A stretch of DNA of 34,902 nucleotides from positions 1 to 34,902 of IMG/VR virus record IMGVR_UViG_3300017742_000046; one strand, given 5' to 3'. The number at the start of each line of letters is the position of its first letter. The stretch's first letter is position 1. This document shows, piece by piece, positions 30,118 to 34,902 of the stretch. Under the pieces are notes generated by a model, which ran no database searches, was not told the origin of the DNA, and was given only the letters and a program-made list of their open reading frames with translations. The position numbers were made by a program, and so were the translations under genes. The stretch comes from a virus.

Positions 30118-32205
30118 TTATGTGCGTCTGGGCGGCTGACGCATTCCTGGCCCAGTGACTACGTTCTGTAGCTTCTGGGCTGTGTCTACTACGTTCGAGC
30201 GCTCTTTCTGTTCAATGCCAGCAAGCGTTTCGATCGTCTTGGCGCGCGTCTCTTCTGTTCGCGCTGCCGTGTATTCTGTGTCGGCCATAGCCTTCTGTGC
30301 CTGCGCCTGAGACTTCGCAGCCTCCGCTTCCAGATACATGGCCTGTGGATCAGGCTGACCCTGAAGCTGCTGAAGTTCAGCCATCAGTTCTTCGTTCTCT
30401 TGATCTGTAGGCTCAACAACACCCATGCGGATCAGCTTCTTGCGGAAGTATCCACGAACCTCGCCAATGCCCTCGCCTTCCATGTTCATCATGGCCATAG
30501 CGCCAAGCACCTGCTGCGTCTCTGGGTCAGTAGCAAGCTGCATCATGCCCATCAGTGAGCGAACAGTTGCAGAACGCTTAGAAGACGATGACGGGCCAAC
30601 CTCAACAGATACGTCAAACTTGGCTTTGCTCAGATCGTTCTCATACTCAACTTCGCCTGTTTCAGTGTTCAAGACAGGCTTGCCAAGTTCAATGCGGTGA
30701 AGTTCACCCTGCGAACCCATGCCCTTCATCTTGCGACCAGGCTCAACCATCGTGTCACGGGCCATAGAAAGCCAGATCTCACCGCAGCGCTTGACTGCCT
30801 TGGCCATGTTGCTCATGTAGATGAACGACTGCATGTCCAAACGGTTCTGGATCAACTCAACAGCTTTGCCAGAAATGTTGGTGGTCATTTCTTCGCCAGC
30901 TTCTTGGTTGCCCAACAGGTCAGAGATGTCTTGCTCTGTGATCTGCAATAGACCAGCAAGCGCAGGCGGAACAACAGGCGGCTTGGTGTAACCGATCGGA
31001 CCAGCAAGGCTTTCGTTGCCGTTCGCATCTGTCACGGTGTTCAGCAGCAGATACGGATAGTTCTTGAGGTTATCTTCAGCCCACATCATCTCAAAGCCTG
31101 CAACTTGCTCTGGTGTGAACAGTGGCTTTTCAACAGTGGAAAGCGCGGAGATTTCGCCCAGCTTCGACAGCTGCATGTTCTTCAGACGCTGTGCATCCTT
31201 GGCCATGCGAACGTGACCCATGCAACGCTCTACGTTGTCGATGAACCAGCGCTTGCCATAAACAGGCACGATCGGGATTTCTGCCCCTGCGATGTAGCCA
31301 GCATCTTCAATGATGCCAGAGCCAGACATGACGTATTTGCGAACCTTGCGGCGCTTCACGCGTTTCTGGCGGATCTCAATAGTGCCGATCGCATCAAGCG
31401 TTTCCTCAAGGCTTTCGTCTTCCTCGAACTCACGCTCGCTGTAGCGCTCTTCCTCACCGTCGATGGTCTGGAAGATGCGGATCAGTTCAGACGCCTCTTC
31501 GACGCGGTAAACCTCTGCAACGTAAACCATGTCTGGCGTTGCCCAATCGAACTCATACTGGTGGATTTCCTTGGGCCATGAGGCTGGATCGTCTTCATAC
31601 TCAGCAACGTAAGCATCGCGCGTCATGGCGGTCAGAACGTAGCACAGGCGCGCATCTGACTTGTCTTGGCGCTTTGCGTCCATATCAAAGAACACCGTGC
31701 TGTCAGCGTCATAGATTGGCTCTATGCGAATGCGCTGATTGTCGTTGTCTTCGTCATATTCGTCTTCATAGACAGTGCGCAGGCGGAATGCGCCAAAGCC
31801 ACCGCCAACAGCCTCTTCAAACGCGTTGTCATACGCCTCATCTGCTGCGCTGTCTTCTTCGTCGGCGCGGAACAGGGCATCACAAGTGTCTGCCAGCTTG
31901 TCATCTTCGTCGCCATCTTTGCTGACGTAATCAACAGTGATGCGGTTGTTTCGATATTCATTGATAATCCGCATGACCGACAGGTGGATCTTGTTGACCT
32001 CAAAGCGTGGCTTGTTGTTAAATTGCTCTGCAAGGTTGCCTTCCCACTGCGCACCAGCAATGGAATAAAAGCGACGATCTTCAAGGCACTGCAAGCGCTC
32101 TTCGCGCATGGAACCTTGTATGCTGTCAAACTCCAGAAGCGCTTCTTCGTGAATGTTTGCCAAACGCTCTTTCTTGGTCATTCGTGCCACAGCATCGCCT
32201 CGCAA
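30118..32205 (-). CDS. P22-like portal protein
   Basis: AGAEIPIVPVYGKRWFIDNVERCMGHVRMAKDAQRLKNM...FTPEQVAGFEMMWAEDNLKNYPYLLLN parallels P22 gp1 [39 protein letters not shown]...FWPEQIAGFEHMY...YPYYLLN. The start is ambiguous: TTG 32205, GTG 32190 (GAGG 7 nt upstream) or ATG 32181. Confidence 0.93.
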   Translation of the reverse strand: MRGDAVARMTKKERLANIHEEALLEFDSIQGSMREERLQCLEDRRFYSIAGAQWEGNLAEQFNNKPRFEVNKIHLSVMRIINEYRNNRITVDYVSKDGDEDDKLADTCDALFRADEEDSAADEAYDNAFEEAVGGGFGAFRLRTVYEDEYDEDNDNQRIRIEPIYDADSTVFFDMDAKRQDKSDARLCYVLTAMTRDAYVAEYEDDPASWPKEIHQYEFDWATPDMVYVAEVYRVEEASELIRIFQTIDGEEERYSEREFEEDESLEETLDAIGTIEIRQKRVKRRKVRKYVMSGSGIIEDAGYIAGAEIPIVPVYGKRWFIDNVERCMGHVRMAKDAQRLKNMQLSKLGEISALSTVEKPLFTPEQVAGFEMMWAEDNLKNYPYLLLNTVTDANGNESLAGPIGYTKPPVVPPALAGLLQITEQDISDLLGNQEAGEEMTTNISGKAVELIQNRLDMQSFIYMSNMAKAVKRCGEIWLSMARDTMVEPGRKMKGMGSQGELHRIELGKPVLNTETGEVEYENDLSKAKFDVSVEVGPSSSSKRSATVRSLMGMMQLATDPETQQVLGAMAMMNMEGEGIGEVRGYFRKKLIRMGVVEPTDQENEELMAELQQLQGQPDPQAMYLEAEAAKSQAQAQKAMADTEYTAARTEETRAKTIETLAGIEQKERSNVVDTAQKLQNVVTGPGMRQPPRRT

Positions 32206-32219
32206 TAAAATTTGGGTTG

Positions 32220-32248
32220 ATTATAAAATAGATTGACACAAAAAACAA
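32220..32248 (-). promoter_or_regulatory. Candidate sigma-70-type promoter in the AT-rich terL-portal gap
   Basis: On the minus strand: TTGTTT (32248-32243), 17-nt spacer, perfect TATAAT (32225-32220). Confidence 0.3.
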
Positions 32249-33475
32249 TCACCGTGCGATAGGCATCACAGTCGCGATTGCTTTGGCCTGCGGCTTCTTC
32301 TGCGTGTTGGCCCTTCGCGCACCCTCACAGGCATATCTGATTGCGTCAATAACGTGGTTATCTTTGTCTTCCAACACGGGCAAAATCGAGCCTGTGTCGC
32401 GGTCTGTCTTGTAGCTATACAGCGTCAGTTCGTCGATCGTGTGCTTGCAGCGCGGGTGAACGATGATGTCAAACGACTTGAGCCACTCAACACCTTCTTC
32501 AACAGACTTTGGCCCCTTGATCGCTGGCTGTATCTTAGGGAAGCCGTTCTTGCGCATATGGCTGATGGTCTCTGGGCGTGCGCTGTCGGCCACCATGGGC
32601 CATTTCTCAGCCTCTGGGATGGACATGACCAGCGAAGGCGTGTCCACAATCTCACAGCCCACCTGATAAGCCTCATAATCAATATACAGCTTGCGACCAA
32701 TGATGTGGCTGCGAACAGCAACGGTCGGGTCTGTAGCAAAGCCCCAGTCAGCGCCAAGGCGGTGGATTGCGTCTGGCGGTGCCTCAAAGTCTTCGATCGT
32801 CCAGTTCTTGAACACGCGCGTCTCGCTGTTGCGGACATAATCGCCCTTCCAGACGTGCATGTATTTGTCAGGGTCGCGCTTCTTGTCGTATTCCATTTCG
32901 TCCTTGAGAACGTCAGGGAACCACGGGTTGTCTTCGAAGTTGACCTCAACAACAGTGCTTTTCTCTGGGGCGTTTGGTCCGCGCAACAATCCCTCGATCG
33001 GATCGGTGTCGTAACGTGGGTTCCAAGTGAACCACAGCTGCGAACCTGGCTTACGAATGGTCGGGCGCAGAATGTCCAATGAGAACTGGCTCAGGCTCTG
33101 CGCTTCCTCAACCCAAGCGATGTCATAACCTTCAAGCGACTTGATGCTGTCAGCTGTGTGGTTCTGCAAACCTTGGAAGATGATGATGCCGCCATGAACG
33201 GATCTGATCTCGAACTCTTTGATCTGGAACATATGCGAGACGCCAAGTTCTTCGATCTTATTTTCAAGCAGCTTCTTAACCGACTGCGCCAGAGACTTCT
33301 GAACCTCACGAACGCACACAGCGTCAACGCGCTCCATGATGCTGCGCTCAATCAGCATCTCTGCGAACATGTGAGACTTGCCAGAACCACGGCCACCATG
33401 AGCGCCAAGGTATCTGGCGTCTGGATTACTGAGAACAGGAAGCGCCCAGCGCGGTGTTTTTATCTGGAGGTTCAC
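32249..33475 (-). CDS. terL: Terminase large subunit (Terminase_3 / PBSX-like)
   Basis: 408 aa. Walker A GAHGGRGSGKSH, IAWVEEAQ (Walker B-like) and a C-terminal nuclease region DNHVIDAIRYA. The GTG start at 33475 overlaps the upstream TGA (GTGA). Confidence 0.93.
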   Translation of the reverse strand: MNLQIKTPRWALPVLSNPDARYLGAHGGRGSGKSHMFAEMLIERSIMERVDAVCVREVQKSLAQSVKKLLENKIEELGVSHMFQIKEFEIRSVHGGIIIFQGLQNHTADSIKSLEGYDIAWVEEAQSLSQFSLDILRPTIRKPGSQLWFTWNPRYDTDPIEGLLRGPNAPEKSTVVEVNFEDNPWFPDVLKDEMEYDKKRDPDKYMHVWKGDYVRNSETRVFKNWTIEDFEAPPDAIHRLGADWGFATDPTVAVRSHIIGRKLYIDYEAYQVGCEIVDTPSLVMSIPEAEKWPMVADSARPETISHMRKNGFPKIQPAIKGPKSVEEGVEWLKSFDIIVHPRCKHTIDELTLYSYKTDRDTGSILPVLEDKDNHVIDAIRYACEGARRANTQKKPQAKAIATVMPIAR

Positions 33476-34902
33476 TGACCGATATTACGCATCGCCATTA
33501 TTTGCTCGATTTGGTCGGCTGGGATGCCTTGGTTCCTGAGTTGTTCAGGCGTAAGTCCCAATATACCTCTTGCACCTTCTCTTGCGCGGCTGGAGAGACG
33601 AAGTCCGTCACCAGTTCCAGCCTGCCCTGTATCTCCGCGTCCGACACTGGTCGGTTGAGGTTGAACAGTTTGGTCAGGGACGCGTCCAGCAGATCCTTCT
33701 GCCGTTGCGACAATTCCTTTAGTTTCGGCCCGATGGCTTGGCGCACCTGCCCCGCGAATGCCTGCAACCGCTGCTCTTCTGTCTGCATCTGATCCACTCC
33801 ATCTCATTACTATCACGGGCGGCATGCCCTGACTTTCATCCCAGCCATCAGAGCGCCATGCTTCGAGCAAATCCTCATAAGCAAGCTCGCCATGATCGGC
33901 CACATACATTTCTTTGTCGAACGGAACCCGCCCAACCTCTTCAAAACCAAACTCACCGTAGTATTGCGGCAAGAAGCCATCTGGAAACTTATCAGAAGGC
34001 ACAGCAAAAGCATCAAGTATATTTGCACCCTCGTCAAGCGCTTTTGCTATTACGCTTGGTGCGGCTGTGCCTTTTGATCCTGGAGCGTTGCTAACAACAC
34101 CCACTAAAGCCTTGTCGCCTTCCTGCATATCGACGCCAGCCCATGAGTAATCTGGCTTTGCATCAAGAGCAAAGAAGACATCGTCATCACCAAGCTGATA
34201 TGCCACCAGATCGCCAGAGCGCGCACCTGCCTTAACTTCCTGTGGTGAGTAGTTTGTCAGTGCTGGTTTGTATTTGTTGTCATTGATTGCATCAACAAAC
34301 TGCTGCGGAGATGCACCACCAGCTTTGACAGATGTGGTCGTGGGCTTCCAGTTGTCCGTCAGCGAGTTAACAAGCAGGCGCGTATCGATCGCAGGCATAC
34401 CTGTTCTGGCAGCTGCCTCCATTGTCATGATGCGCTCTAAGTTTTCAACCTGACGCCCAGTGACCTCTTGGATCGGTAGTGACATGTCGAAAGCGCGGCG
34501 TCCGCCTTTATTAAAGCCCTCACCAAATGCGTTGATGTTCTTTTCTCCCCAGAAGTCGGGGAACATTTCAAACGTCGATATGTTCTGGTCGAGCGCGCCA
34601 AACACACGGCCACGAATGCCATAGCGATAGCTTGGGTGGATAGGCAGACCCTCTGCGGCCAGATCCACTGGAGGCAAGCTGAAGTCAGGCTCAATGAATA
34701 GCAATGTGTCGCGCGGGTTTGCACCAGCATACTTGGGATCAACGGTCTCTTGCAGGACGCGGTTGACGTTGGGTACGCCAGCTTCCTGCATCTCCTTCGT
34801 GCCGATCACAGATGCAATACGGCTGCGCTCTTGGAAGCTGGCGTTGTTAATAAACTCTTGGGCGTTCGGGCTGTTGAAGCCTGGGAACTTAGCCAAGCCA
34901 AC
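33472..34902 (-). CDS. C-terminal 476 codons seen in this window (435 unique) of the 850-aa packaging-operon ORF; includes a GNAT-like segment
   Basis: The frame is open from the window edge. The M at 34896 in the track is an internal TTG. It continues the frame of 1245..1 through the 123-bp overlap. Its stop overlaps the terL start. Confidence 0.85.
   Translation of the reverse strand, partial: VGLAKFPGFNSPNAQEFINNASFQERSRIASVIGTKEMQEAGVPNVNRVLQETVDPKYAGANPRDTLLFIEPDFSLPPVDLAAEGLPIHPSYRYGIRGRVFGALDQNISTFEMFPDFWGEKNINAFGEGFNKGGRRAFDMSLPIQEVTGRQVENLERIMTMEAAARTGMPAIDTRLLVNSLTDNWKPTTTSVKAGGASPQQFVDAINDNKYKPALTNYSPQEVKAGARSGDLVAYQLGDDDVFFALDAKPDYSWAGVDMQEGDKALVGVVSNAPGSKGTAAPSVIAKALDEGANILDAFAVPSDKFPDGFLPQYYGEFGFEEVGRVPFDKEMYVADHGELAYEDLLEAWRSDGWDESQGMPPVIVMRWSGSDADRRAAVAGIRGAGAPSHRAETKGIVATAEGSAGRVPDQTVQPQPTSVGRGDTGQAGTGDGLRLSSRAREGARGILGLTPEQLRNQGIPADQIEQIMAMRNIGQ
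34780..34902. repeat. Second copy of the terminal overlap (identical to 1-123)
   Basis: Identical 123-bp string in direct orientation. Confidence 0.95.

Noticed and set aside
1-34902. Searched for integrase/att sites, a CI-type repressor, tRNA genes (TPsiC-like GGTTCGAATCC), a reverse transcriptase/DGR, CRISPR arrays and toxin-antitoxin pairs
   Set aside because: None was recognisable by eye in any frame. Absence is not proof, and small or divergent versions would need HMM or tRNAscan-type searches.

Overview
The window is a complete, circularly closing phage genome. Bases 1-123 are identical to 34780-34902, which leaves 34,779 unique bp. It is a P22-like podovirus: portal, scaffold, coat, gp4-like adaptor, gp10-like hub, three gp7/gp20/gp16-sized ejection proteins and a gp9-type head-binding domain appear in P22 order. 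A GapR/DUF2312 homologue suggests an alphaproteobacterial host. Overall GC is roughly 50%.

Layout:
- A back-to-back divergent promoter region lies at 7452-7570.
- The rightward (+) operon, 7571-11846, carries Erf, a YqaJ-type exonuclease, NinB, an HNH endonuclease, GapR, a DUF968-like HNH protein and a NUMOD-like HTH protein.
- The leftward (-) transcription unit starts at 7451. It runs through a Cro-like HTH, DUF1064, a replication initiator, a G39P-like loader, SSB and small ORFans to terS. It then wraps the contig junction into terL, the head, tail and ejection genes, the tailspike genes and the lysis cassette, ending at 11874.
- Genes are tightly packed, with many TAATG/ATGA/GTGA stop-start overlaps.
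- I saw no integrase, CI-type repressor, DNA polymerase, tRNA or CRISPR array.

Most unusual points:
1. An 850-aa ORF with a GNAT-like C-terminal region sits between terS and terL, is translationally coupled to both, and reads through the contig junction.
2. A 76-aa pentapeptide-repeat (DNA-mimic type) early protein.
3. The tailspike is split into a gp9-head-binding adaptor with a vestigial beta-helix stub plus separately encoded fibre and beta-helix genes in a low-GC cassette.
4. The lysis cassette has a C-terminally membrane-anchored GH24 endolysin followed by three very lysine-rich ORFs chained by TAATG overlaps.
5. A cupin-like protein and a Cys-rich protein are embedded in the ejection-protein module.
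6. A 20-bp ATGCAA-N8-TTGCAC operator-like motif occurs in two regulatory gaps.
7. A 160-bp intergenic region with four stem-loops lies upstream of the replication genes.

All family assignments come from reading the translations and from memory of family motifs. No database search was run.
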